A stretch of 63,665 nt of DNA, filler included, from Hyphochytrium catenoides (Eukaryota; Protista; Hyphochytriomycota): assembly GCA_900088475.1 (NCBI GenBank). It is 5 parts of 5 records of this genome, joined end to end, with 100 filler letters (N's around TTAATTAATTAA, not from the genome) between each part and the next. Parts side by side here need not be neighbours in the genome. Positions count along the whole stretch, not along the records: positions 1 to 6,367 come from FLMG01002242.1; positions 6,468 to 13,167 come from FLMG01003234.1; 3 more parts are not named here. One strand, written 5' to 3'. Shown piece by piece: positions 1-12,267 of the stretch. The notes under the pieces were generated by a model, which worked only from the letters and a program-made list of their open reading frames with translations, searched no databases and was not told the origin of the DNA. Both the position numbers and the translations under genes were made by a program. Each line of letters starts with the position of its first letter. Position 1 is the first letter of the stretch.

Positions 1-215
1 AGCGTGGCGGCGAGCGAGAGAAGGCAGCGGACAGTGTCATGCCCTATCACTGGACCAAAGACATCGCTAAAGTCAATACCTTGCTTCTGTAAGGAGAAAC
101 CTCCTCCTTACGCAAACACGTTGTCCTCTTCTACTCTCTATTTACTAGTAATTCATTCATAGGTTTTCCTCGTCCCTCACACTCGAACTCCTTACGTTTG
201 GTAGCTTTGCTCGGT
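1..215 (+). repeat. Probable 3' part of the 5' LTR and primer-binding site of the Ty3/gypsy element
   Basis: TGTAAGGAG (88-96) and CTCCTTACG (188-196) form an inverted pair. TGGTAGC follows at 199 (PBS-like, complementary to tRNA CCA), about 40 nt before the gag ATG. No 3' LTR is in the window to confirm it. Confidence 0.45.
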
Positions 216-241
216 GGCCTGACCCATTCCCTTCTTGCCCC

Positions 242-3200
242 ATGATGGGGCCACGGAACCAAAGGGCAGCCGAGGAGGATGAAGAACGCAAGGAGGAGGA
301 GGAGGAGGAGAGCAGCGACGAGGAGGCGCCTCCCGACCCTGTCTCTTCTCACTTCGGTGGCGCATTCAGCACACCACACTCTGAACTAGTGGAGCGAGTC
401 CTACTCAGGTGGGGCGGCCTTCTGGGGTCGAGGGAGGTCCTGGGCGCTCTCCGTGTAGTCCAACCCCAGCGTTTCTCCGGCAATCGCAACAGAGATGGAG
501 TGGATGTTCACTCCTGGCTGCTCCAGCTGGAAACCTTCTTCCAGCTAGCCCAGATTTCTTCCCTCGTCCAGGTGCCGTTTGTCTCCTTGCTGCTGACCGG
601 ACCGGCTGCCACGTGGTGGCGGAATCTGGCGACAGGCGCGTCACATGGTACGGAGGCAGCCGTGGTCTATTGGGAAGACTTCCGCGCCAGATTGGTCCGG
701 GCCCATGCGCCGCCCAATGAGACGGCGACGGTCAGAAGCCGTCTCTACGTGCTGGGCTAACAGCGGTTTGCCTCGCTGGCTGGCAGCCCTGTCTACCACG
801 TTCAACAATTTGGTCACGCTGGTGCCGGCCATGACCGCCGAGGAGAAGCTCTCGCTCTTTCTCCATGCACTACCACCGTCAATTCGGCCCTTAGTGGATG
901 TGATGGAACCGACACGCGTCGCGGATGCGCAGCGTCTAGCTTTGTGGAGGCTGCATCCGCTCGCCAACAGCCACGTGGTCCCACGGCACCACCGCGTCGT
1001 CCTGCGGTCACCGCCCTTCCCACGGAAAGGGAGGCCGCGGCCAACGAGGAAGAGTCCCGGCCGCCTACCGTTAATGCGCTGCCGCGGTTGGCTCCCCTCA
1101 CACCAGCAGAACGAGAACGGCTTCTTCGGACGGGAGGCTGCTTCCGTTGCAGAGAAGATGGCCATCTGAGCAGGACTGCCCGCGCTTTACCACCGAACGG
1201 GGAGGACAAGGACAGCGCCAACGCGACCCAAATGGGTCGTTCCAGAACTGAGTGGGCGACGTTCTGGAACTCAACAAGTATTAAAGAGTACTAATAAAGA
1301 AGCAATTGCTCTCCAGAAAAGTGCATCTTGCCCACACCCCTATGAATCATCCACCCTCGTCCCTGCCCCGACCCAGCTTCCTCCTGCTTCTTCCTTGCTG
1401 TCGAACCCAAAGTCACCCTGTTCCGCCTCCTTCGATTCTTCTTTGGCTCGCTTGAATCGCTCCGTCTCCTTCGATCCTTCTTTGGCTCCCTTGAACCTTG
1501 GCGACAGCCTTTCCGGCTCTGCCGTGCGGACCCAGCTCAGTGTTACCGCAACTGCCACTGCTCCTTCCTCCCAGGTGGTCGGTGCGCCGGGTCTTATTCT
1601 CCTTCCCGTCAGTCTGAATGGTGTGCGCCTCCAAGCCCTTGTGGATAGCGGCTGGCAACGCAATATTATTGGAGAACACATCGCTTCTCTCATTGGCTTA
1701 ACCCCTGAACCAAAACAACCAGCGGAAACTTTTGCGTATGCGGACGGCGCCACAGGACAATCTTCTCAGTGGATTCCACGGGCGAACCTTCACTTCACTG
1801 CGAAGGCCCAGGATTGCTGTGAACTGCACGTGTTTAATGTAGCTTTCGACCTGATTTTGGGCAAAGATTGGCTCTTCAGAATCAACCCACACTTTGATTG
1901 GTCCTCAAACACGGTGTACTTTGGACCCGATCGGATTCCCCTACGTGGGCTTCCCGCTACTTGTCCCACAAATCAGGTTAGCGACGACAAGGCGCAGAAT
2001 CCAACCTCTTCAGTGTCGGTCATTTAAGCCCTCGGGGCCGCACGAGCGCTCAGGGATGGGGCAGTCATGTTTGTCAGCCTCCTATCCACTCCACCCGCTG
2101 GTACGAATGGCCTGTCCCAAGTGGCCGACAAGCAGAACCACAGCTGCGCGGAACATTTTCATGCCTCCGTTCTTCCTAGCTTTCTAGACGTGTTTCCTGA
2201 CGAACTACCATCCTGCCTTCCGCCCACCCGCGCAGGAGGTGACTTTCAGATAAAGCTGCAGCCTGGCTCGTCCCCACCCTCCCGCGCCCCTTTTCCTACC
2301 TCTGTGGCCGAACGCGAGGAATTACAGCGCCAACTCAATGACCTTCTCGCCAAAGGGTTTACCAGGCCTTCGCAGTCCCCCTATGGCTCTCCCGTCCTTT
2401 TTATTCGCAAGCCCGATGGAAGCTTGCGGCTCTGTGTGGACTATCGCGGCTTGAACAAGATCACCATCCGCGATCGCTTTCCCATCCCCAACATTAGCGA
2501 ATTGCTAGACACCCTGCTCGGGGCGCGGTGCTTCTCTAAGCTAGATCTCAGGTCAGGGGTACAACCAGGTTCGCATTGCTGAGGAAGATATCCCGAAAAA
2601 AGCCTTTCGGACCCGCTTCGGGCAGTACGAATTTAAAGTCCTGCCATTTGGTTTAGCCAACGCACCACCACACTTTATGCGAATGTTAACCTCTATTTTC
2701 GGTGACTACTCGGGTAGATTCGTGCTCATCTATCTGGATGACATTCTGGTTTGGATGACATTCTGGTGTTCTCGAAAACGCCCGAAGAACACCTCAAACA
2801 TCTTAAGCTGGTATTAGAGAGGTTGCGGGGCCACCAGTTGTACGCGAAACGGGAGAAATGTGCATTCTTTTTGGACTCTGTCACATTCTTAGGTCACTCC
2901 TTATCCAGCCAAGGCGTAGGGATAGACCATAGCAAAACAGCGGCAGTCCAGAGCTATCCTACCCCTCGCAATGTCAAAGAACTGCAGAGCTTTCTCGGCC
3001 TCACCAAATTCTGCCGCAAGTTTATTGCTGGATACGCTGCTGTCACCAAGCCGCTGACTCTCCTCACACGCGCGGAGCACAGTAAGGAGTTTCTCTGGTC
3101 TGAAGAGCATCAAAACGCATTCGAAACCCTGAAGCTCGCGCTTACTAGCGCTCCGGTCTTACGCATCTTCGATCCAGCTCTACCCATTCGCATCCAAACC

Positions 3201-3641
3201 GACGCTTCGCAATATGCGTATGGGGCAGTCCTATTGCAAGACGATGGAGAGGGAGCTAGGCCGGTGGCCTACGCATCCAAGCAGTTTACAGCAGCTAAAC
3301 AAAACTATAGTACGCGAGAACAAGAGCTCCTTGGCATTATCCTGGCGCTGGAGGAGTTTGACGTGTACTTGCATGGCTCTCATTTTGTCGTCGAAACAGA
3401 CCACCACACACTCCAGTCCTTGTTCACACAGGCCAAGCTTTCACGACGACTCACTCGGTGGTTAGACTTTCTTGCTGATTATGACTTTGATATCGTGTAC
3501 CAACCGGGGGAGAAGAACCTCACCGCAGATGCACTTTCTCGGCACCCGGATGTGGCGGCTCCGGAAGTCACGGTCTCTAGCCTTTCTCTCTCTCTACCAA
3601 AAGTAGATCCCGCCCTTCGCAAGAGTTTGATCGCTGCGTAT
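242..3641 (+). mobile_element. Decayed Ty3/gypsy LTR retrotransposon (gag-PR-RT-RNase H), integrase missing
   Basis: Gag-like capsid (WLLQLETFF..LLTGPAATWW), frameshifted zinc knuckle CFRCREDGH (~1138-1180), aspartic protease LQALVDSG, RT motifs [32 protein letters not shown] and YLDDIL, RNase H TDASQYAYGAVL..EQELLGII..TDH..ADALSR. Several frameshifts and stops. Confidence 0.95.
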
Positions 3642-3790
3642 CACTGTAAAATCAGTAATCGTGGTATTTTTACTCTAAAAACCAAGTAAAGTGTAGTATT
3701 TGCGGGGTAAAAATCTGTATAGAGCAAATTCCTGAGAGTCAGTTTAGGCTAATTTACAGTTCTAAAATTCCAGTTTCAGGTAAAAATCGT
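3642..3790. mobile_element. Possible CACTA/EnSpm-type terminus or short MITE that truncates the retroelement
   Basis: Abrupt switch to AT-rich sequence starting CACTGTAAAAT, a near-inverse ATTTACAGTT at ~3752-3761, and repeated GGTAAAAATC / ATTTTTAC motifs. Confidence 0.35.
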
Positions 3791-6367
3791 GTACGAACGT
3801 GTCCCAAGATCTTTTGCAGGTATTTATATGTCCTTTCCAGCCTGACAGCACATTTTTGTGGTATTCTGCTGTCTAGCCAGTTCCCCAAATAGTGACCTGT
3901 CACTTTTCGGTCTGTTCTCACAGAAGCTGGTATTTTTTTGGTTCACAGAGCTTGTTGGAAACTTTGCCTGTGTTCACAGGCGTCTCGCCGTCATGCCTTC
4001 TTGTGGTATAGTGTGGGTTGATGGCATTGCGTTTTTGGTCGGGGTGGAGGCAGATAGAAGAAGCCTTTCCTCTCACCACCAGGAGCGATGGTCGCTCACT
4101 ACTACCGACCAGAAGAAGGGACGTTTGATCGGCGTAGATGATGGCATTGGCTAATCCACTTCTTCGTTCTTCTTTCAACCCTATGGTGGTGGTGCTCATT
4201 CGACAGGATTCATGATGGTTGTTGTGATTAGGGTGCTGCTGATGCTTCTTGGAAGGCGGATGATGTCATTTCAGCAGCAACATAGTGAGGAGAAGGAGAT
4301 GACGATGACACCAGAAAACGATAGCAGGGCTGCTAGTATGGCGATGATGGGAACGGGTAGCCTGGTTCTGCAATTGGGGTTGCTGCCCTGGGACATCCAT
4401 CAAGGCGGTGGTGCTTTCTAAGAAGAGGAAGAAGCTACTTCTTAGTGTGCTACTAGCAGCTGCTGGAAGGGGAAGGAAGCCAGAGAAGAAGAGCTGCTAG
4501 TCAAACAGAAGATACATGCTACGAAGGTGGGTTGGGTTGACTGCGGCAATCACAGCAGCAATAGTGGAATCCTTCTCAACAAAGGCTTTCTTAGTCTACT
4601 ACTCACTCCCTCACTTGATTCTTTGTCCTACATACATTCCAATGCCGCGGCTCCTCTTCTTCTCATCATTATCGTCAGTATGATGATGTTAGTCGTGGTA
4701 CTGGCATAACTCTGGCGCTTACAAATACTACTGTGTGTACAATCAGCACTCAGTCGCAGGAAGCAGCCCAGACGCTCCTCTCCTCCGACTATGAGCTGAA
4801 CTAGTAGTAGAAGAAGATCAGCCCCTGCGCCGGCTAGCTTCTTGCAGGTTGTTGGTGCGCTTGAGATATGGATCCTGGCTAGAGCAGCAACAAGTAAGAA
4901 AGTTTATTGTTTCTTTTATGATATTTTGACCTGCTGTCACATCGCACTGCGGTGGTGGCCGTCTTGGAGGATTGGCAGTGATAATCGGACCCGGCCCATT
5001 CTTGGATCCATCGTCCGGATACTGTTTACCTTCACACCCTTCTTTGGGAAATCTCTCCCTCCTCTTATTATCATTAGCTTTAGGCTTCGCCTAGGGCTCG
5101 CCCGACGTTACTAGTGCGTAATCCAGCCTTCGGCTGCATTATTTGTGGAAGATGCTTTGGACCACTGATTTAGTCGTCGTACAAGTTCTTGTACCCGTAA
5201 CACTATAACATGTAGGAGCTCTTCATTTCTTCTATCGATATTTCCTAGATAGGCAGGCGCACTCTCTCAAGGATCTCCCTACTCGTTCACCTACGCTCTC
5301 TACAGGAGAATAGTGAGTGAGTGAGTGAGCGAGTAAATGGCGAAACTTTCTCAACTCTCGACTGCTGCAGGAGTTGCGAGACATGTCACCTCCACCCTCA
5401 GCTCCTACCACTAAAAAGACAGGATAGTGGTGATGCGTCTCAGGTAAAATGAGGCTACAACACAATTTCGCCTGGACTCACGCGATGAGTCTCGGTTTAT
5501 AGTGATACGTCTCGCGTTACAAATTCGATTTATGTTCATACAAACCCTTTCGCTTCTTCTCTGATCCCTTTTATCTCCATAATACACAAAGAAAGACCCA
5601 AACCCAAGGAAACAGCCCAAACAGTGATTAGTGAAAAAGCAAATAGTGAAATTGAAATCACAAACACACACACACACAGACACACGAAACACGAAAAAGT
5701 CCATTTGTGCTGAAGCCCCTGTAGGTTGAAATTGAGGCTCACCCTTCGGGCTCGCAATTATAGTCATGCTTCTGCTTAGGGTTACTCTCCTCGTCTGTTC
5801 ATATATGATCCAGCTCACAGTGGGTTACTTCTTGTTTGCAGCTATATACTAGGTAGCACCAGTCTTTTCCGGCGGATAGCCAGCTCTACCCATGAGTGCC
5901 AACTATTATAGATTCCTGCTGCTTGCTGGCTCCGCACCCATAGTGTCTCTCCGAAGTATTCAGTGATCTCCATCTGTATTTCTTTCGTCCTCCTGTTTGT
6001 CGCTTATGGCTGTCTCTCCCTCCACCTAGCATTCCTTTTTGTGCTGCCTTGTTCAAAGCACGTTATGGAGATCAGGACGGAGAGAGTGCCGTCCCAAAGG
6101 GTTAGATCGTATTCTTCCGGCTGTCGTCGTTCTTTGTCGATTCCTTCCCTGTTAAGTAACCCCAAGCCCGTAAGACGCATCGTAGTGTTGCTTTCACGCG
6201 TGACTAACATGATGATTTAACTATAAACGGATGAATGTCATTATTAATTATCCTTCTAGGCTAATACCTGGTGTGCTCTTTTATGAAGTATCGCTCCGTG
6301 TCGCCGTCCTGTTTGCGAACCGTAAGGACATTTTCAATTGATCGCAGACATATAAAAGCCTCTCTTT

Positions 6368-6467
6368 NNNNNNNNNNNNNNNNNNNNNNNNNNNNNNNNN
6401 NNNNNNNNNNNTTAATTAATTAANNNNNNNNNNNNNNNNNNNNNNNNNNNNNNNNNNNNNNNNNNNN
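6368..6467. other. Artificial contig spacer
   Basis: 44 N + TTAATTAATTAA (stops in all six frames) + 44 N, identical to three other sites. Confidence 0.97.
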
Positions 6468-7809
6468 TTCATAACAGCTACTGCAGATCCCGGCGTACGT
6501 GCTCGGAATACTGCAGACAATTCAATGAAACCTGCCCCCGTCGCTCTGTATTATGGAAAGTGCTAGAGACTTTTATAAAATGAAACTCCAGCACTTGTTA
6601 ATTGATTGGCCGGATCAGCCACCCTATCATCATCTCTTCCCCATGGCTTGCGACTGGACGGACCCGTGCTATTATGAGTGGAGACCGGTAGTCCAGGCAA
6701 CAAGATAAGCTTGCTTTAGGCTCAACAATAAATTCACAACTCGTCTGTTCTTTCATCCTTCTCTCTCTTTTTCCAGCTCCTCGATCATTCTTCCAGTGGA
6801 CACCAACCAACCATCACCTAGGATGAGTCCCTCTTCTTGCACCTATTGATTGTTGATGATGATCCTTCAGATACAGCGATGCAGCACTTAGTGGCTCTGA
6901 TCATGATGATGATGACTATAAAAGCACCAGAATAGTAGAGAACCGTCCATACCAAGCGTCGAGGGTAAAACCCATCAAGTGCCAATGGAGTCAAGCATGG
7001 CCGCCTGCAATAATAATGTGAGGATGGTGGAGGAGTTTATTTACTTCAAGCTTGATGTAGCGATACAGACGGCACAGATCATTTCTTTGGGGACACCCCT
7101 TGTGTCTCTTTTCCTCTGTCACTTTCTTCCTTCCTTCCCTCTCTTCTCCTTTATAAACATTCAAGGATCTCCCAGTTTGAAGTTTATGACGCATGGATAG
7201 CACTGAGCGTGGGGCGACTATTATCTGTTGAGCGTTGCGGGTGCTTTGTCGTTGTTTCTGCTGCTGCTCAACAGTACCCGTCGTCTTGCTTGGTTGTCGC
7301 TGGCACTTTCGCGAATGAAGAAGCTTGGGTAAAAGTGTTCTTGAGATTCACAGCTCAAATGACCTCAGTCTTGAATGCCTCTTCGTGACGCTTCGGAGTA
7401 GGCCGACAAGAAACCCTGCTGGCAGATGAATCGGATCTACTGATACTAATCTTCCTACTAGGAAGCCACGTTCCTACTTGCAGGGAGACAACTGCAAGGA
7501 CTCCAGTGGATAGCACCCACTAACTCTAAAACACATACAAGATTTGCACCTCTTAGATAAGAGATGACCTCCTTCTTATCCTCCTGTTGCCTGTTCGTGA
7601 AACGGGAAGGAGGATGAGGACGAGACCCTTAGCACAACTCTACCATTAGACCACTCTTGAAGCGGAATGCATTCTAAAAATGGGATGACTCATGGATTAT
7701 CGTGCTTATGAAAGGAACTATTTTATCTCCTACGTGTTAAGCCCTTTTCAGTACTCTATTGTTAAAGAGAGATGAGGTAGGCTATTATATGGGAGAGAAA
7801 CTCCACCCT

Positions 7810-8490
7810 CTACCCGTAGATTATAGCGAGCAAGAATGCGCCGGCTGCTATGAAGGTATTCAAGGACGGAACAGATGCTGCTGAGCTGGAACCTCCGCCA
7901 CCGCCGCACTTCATGTTTGTCCTTGCTTTTCCCGCGATTTCACGCGCCACCTTTGATGCGTTTTGATCTTCAGTCGTGCATTCCAGGTTACACTTGGGCA
8001 TTATCTCTGCTGCCTTTTTGAATAGGCTCTCCGCCTCACCCATTACGGTGCACATGCACTTCGCAAAGTCAGGGTACTCCTTCCCCATTCTCTCTGCATA
8101 TTCGGGAGAGGTCATAAGCCGCACCATGAAGCTTTCCATGTCAACCATGGCGTCGGTAGGGATTTTACTGATGTCCTTGCTCTCTGATATGGACTTACAG
8201 GCAGGTGCCTTGTTCACTGCAGCCTGAGGGGAGGTCAGCTGAAGTCCATTACGTTGTAGGCAACTGTCACAGCTCGTTGACCCAGTCAAACCAGCACCGC
8301 CGATAGCCCTGGAATTGAATGTGTTGGTAGTGGTGCCAGAATCGAAAGTGACTAACTCCTTCAGCCAGGAGAGAGCAATGCTGTTGTTCGCTGCTGGCTG
8401 GCTAGAGGCTTCTGTGGTCATCGTATTACCATTGCCGTGGATGGCAAGCAGAAGAAAGGCATATGCCGCTGCCGATGTGAAGAGCTTCAT
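7810..8490 (-). CDS. Secreted Cys-rich, probably GPI-anchored surface protein of unknown family (226 aa, intronless)
   Basis: Signal peptide MKLFTSAAAYAFLLLAIHG, 8 Cys (CxxC..C..CxC..CxxxC..C), Gly/Ser linker GGGGGSSSAAS and hydrophobic C-terminus FIAAGAFLLAIIYG. Confidence 0.8.
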   Translation of the reverse strand: MKLFTSAAAYAFLLLAIHGNGNTMTTEASSQPAANNSIALSWLKELVTFDSGTTTNTFNSRAIGGAGLTGSTSCDSCLQRNGLQLTSPQAAVNKAPACKSISESKDISKIPTDAMVDMESFMVRLMTSPEYAERMGKEYPDFAKCMCTVMGEAESLFKKAAEIMPKCNLECTTEDQNASKVAREIAGKARTNMKCGGGGGSSSAASVPSLNTFIAAGAFLLAIIYG

Positions 8491-11488
8491 GATAAAAAGA
8501 GTTTGATAGTTCGTTGTGAGTCCCCTCGCTTGAGATAGGTTGCTTGCTGCTGGGTGCGTTGAACAGATTGAAATGATACAGTTGCCGGCGAGATGGAAAG
8601 ATTGATAATGAGGCTAGTGACTGAATGGGGTCACTTTCAGCCTCGCTCTGAGGAAAGCACATCGGATCGATCCTCCGTTGTCTACATCAACCAACACTCC
8701 AGTGTTGATGGTGCTGTTTTATAAAAAAAAACGACTTGTGCCGCAAGTGATCATGACTGCTCCTCCTATTATCATCGGTCAGGAAGGAGCAAGTTCTTCA
8801 TAACCGTCTCTAATCTCCTCTAAGAACCACTCTTCCCTCTCTCACCTTTTGCTCTCCTGGCAATTGACACTGCCTGCCATTCGTCCTGCTTGTTTGCTGG
8901 CTCTTCTCCTTTACTATCCGAAGCAGCTCCACTGTCTCTTTCGTCCGTCCTTCAACCTCTTCACATCTCTAAAAAAATCAGCCAAGAAACCAAGCGAGTC
9001 ATCCCCACAACTGTTGAGTGATGATTGCTGTACTGTCACAGGCTAGTAATAGAGCTTGATCCTGAGGAGTGATTGTGTCCTTCTTGCTTGTTTGGCTTTT
9101 CCTTGTGGCACCGTCGAACTGTATAGTTTCCCCATACCTTCGGTCAGTCATCTATTTTAGGGCCTTGGAGGGGGACAGAGGGGACCTCAAATCGGTCAAT
9201 CCTGAGAGGTCTAAGATAAGAGAGGCTCTTACAAATTGTTAACTTGTTACAAGAGAGGCTGCTCCGAATCTGTTCCCCGATATTACTTACAGTGTAAGAA
9301 GATTATCATCTGACATGCGATAAGCTCATATTCGGAAGTAGGGAGGTACCTTCGGTCTGTCGGACCTAGTGGTGAGGAGGGGTGCACAGGGTGGGAACAC
9401 ACAACTTTTGAAACAGTGAAAATGGGTGGTGATGAGGAGATAGCACCCTCCCAACTAAGGACATGATCGTGTGACATGGTTGTGGCACGAGGCAAGACCA
9501 GCACTCCTCGCGTAGATAATAATGACCGACGAATTATGGTAGTGGTCATCACGACATCAAGGTCAAAAAGACGAACAAGACAAACGTACTACTTATAAAC
9601 AAGGTAGTGATGATCGTGTTTATTACATCTTGCAAGCCGGTCCTGAGAGGTATTATAGGAGGAGTGTGTGTGCTGGTTTTTACCTTGCTACTTCTAGGAA
9701 ACCCTCCCAACAACAGAGAGCTGGCAGCAGTAGTTACTCCCCTAGAGAGTGCTTGTCATCTCACATGGGACATTGAATGGAGAGATATCATCAACAACGA
9801 CGCATTTCTCCCAACCTCTGTGGACTGAGATGCGGCAAGAGTAGTAAATCACGTTGGTTACTGCGAATGCTAGTCAGTAATAAGTAGGAAAATCACCATT
9901 ATTTATAGAAAGACGACAGGCAGAAGAAGACCGAATCACTGCATCATCCTATCATCATGTGGTGCTCTGACCCCTCACGGAAGTGACCACCTTGTTGAAG
10001 AATGATTTGATAATGTAATGTGGGTCTTCGCTTCAAAGAGAGGATAACTACCGAGGAACCGACAGAGTAGAACAGTTTTTGCTTCGTTATTATGACCAAG
10101 CTGCGTTCGATGCTCTTCAAAAAGAGAAAGAGCACTCCCGCAAGACTCTTGCAGCCATTTACCGATCTAATCTTGACATGATGAGCAGCTAATAGTTCTC
10201 CTATTATACTTCGCTCTTGTCAAGAACGGTGAGCGAGGGTCCAAGGCTGGGGGGACTGTTGTGGTGTTCGAAGCAGCCTGTCAGCAGGGAGGAAGAAGCA
10301 AAAAGCCTGGTCTTCCCAGCATGTAGGAGCTGGCTAACTAGGGTGCAACAAAGGAAGTCCTCAGAAGAAAGAACGCTCTAACAACGCAGGTAATAATCTG
10401 AAGGGGCGACCCGATGGCAAAGTGTAAGGTAGTAATTGAGGTTATGGGTGATAAGGAGGAACAAACGCTCGCCGCTACTTTTACTACAGTAAATGATGAC
10501 AACAACGACCTACTCTATCGACTTCTTCTACTATATTTTTGAACGCTTGTCAAAGGATGATAAAAGCGATAATGTTGCTGGCGATAGTCAACCTTAAGCA
10601 CGTTCGCGAAGATAGATCGTGCGGGAACACGGGAAGCCTAATGACAGCAGTGCCATTTCACTACGGTGGGACACAAGGAAGAAGACCAAAGCCCTCTCAA
10701 CTCGTCCTGCTGAGGCATCCTCGGTGCCACCATCATCATGGCCTAGTACCTTTGTAAGGTGGATGGAGAGGGGCCACGACGAGTAGATAGAGCAAGTTAG
10801 ATGGAGAGAAGGCAAGCAAAGGCAAACCTATCCCCCCGCATCGCCGTAACCTGATGTTGAAGAATCTCGCGAAGCGTCATCTATAGCTCCCCCAAACATC
10901 TCCCACCACCCTAAAGGGCCAAAGGAACGACGTGGAGCCCGACGGCACTACTCATACTGCCGAAGGTTATGGGTATGCTGCGCTTACCTACAGACAATAC
11001 TACCGGCGCGCGGCGTGACGCAGTGGGGATGGAGGTGGTTGATTGATGCAGTGAATCGTGAACAGTCACATGGTTGTTTGTCGTGTATCGTCAGCCGTTT
11101 GCGTAGTCTTCGATGGTCATGTCATGGTGACCGTCACCATCAGCAGAAAACGACGAAGAGCTCTATCAGCCTAGTCCTGCCCTAGCCAGCCAGAAGAAGG
11201 TATTCTTCTGCTGCTCTAGCGCTGTCCAGCAGAAAAATATTAAAGTATTCCTAAGGCAATCACCCCTAAAGCACGCAGGTCTTCAGCTCTTCCTTGAGTT
11301 CTAGTCTGGCTGGATGATTATTCCTTCCCTACTAGCCAGGCAGGGTAGATTATAATCATCTCCCTCCTCCCTCTGCATCCACGTCTCTACTTGACAAAAC
11401 TAAAACCACTATGCTCACTCAACAAACTACTACCTCTTGGGATCAATCAGCTGGCACTGTAGCTTTGGAGTCTGCCAAGTTTCTGACG

Positions 11489-11851
11489 ACAGACTTACTT
11501 TAATGATAAGGCCTTGTAAGCTGACAGTAGGCGCAGAGAAGGAGGAAAGCCTTCGAAAAGGATCACACTATTAACGCGGATAATATATGAGTGAAGAGGA
11601 AGTACTATTTCCTGCTGAACAACATGATGCAGACCAGTTTTCATTAGACGGGGCAAAAGCAAGCTAACACAGACTTACTTTATACGCTAATGGCTGGCCT
11701 CGTACGCTGACAGTAGGCGCAGAGAAGGAGGAAAGCCTTCGAAAAGAATCACTATTAACGCGGGCAATATATGAGTGCAGAGGAAGAACTATTTCCTGCT
11801 GAACAATATGCAGACCAGTTTTCATTAGACGGGGCAAAAGCAAGCTAACAC
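11489..11851. repeat. Tandem duplication, 2 copies of ~180 bp
   Basis: AGACTTACTTT...GGGGCAAAAGCAAGCTAACAC begins at 11491 and again at 11671, with small indels and substitutions. Confidence 0.95.
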
Positions 11852-12267
11852 TCCACCTGGTTTTACCAGGAGGTAGCTGAAGTTCTATCTTGGCTACTGC
11901 GACTCATCACCACTATGCAGTCAAGGTGGACCACTAAAAACTGTCAATTGTCTACGGTGAGATTGCACTACTGGTGATGCTGATTGCAAGTCATGAGATA
12001 TCAATCAACAATTACCCACTATTGCATTGAACCGCAGAGCCATTGCTGCCTTCCTTGCAACATCTTCTTAGTCAGCTGTTATCATTCCCTGTACTACTCT
12101 TCAAGTTGTATTAGTATTATCTATAGACACCTTAGGTACTATTATGGCAAGGCTTCGACACAATTGAGAAGGAGCAGCCTTGTGCCTCAGCACATGATGA
12201 GAGACGAGCTGATATGGAGGGAAAAAATAGGGCTAGTATCATAATATTATAGTCCACGGTTTTCCTC

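Noticed and set aside
6412-6423. TTAATTAATTAA as a biological palindrome or target site
   Set aside because: It is embedded in symmetric N runs four times, so it is an assembly linker.
11489-11851. CRISPR-like array (also 14635-14686 and 30378-30648)
   Set aside because: These are simple two-copy duplications with no unique spacers, in a eukaryotic context without cas genes.
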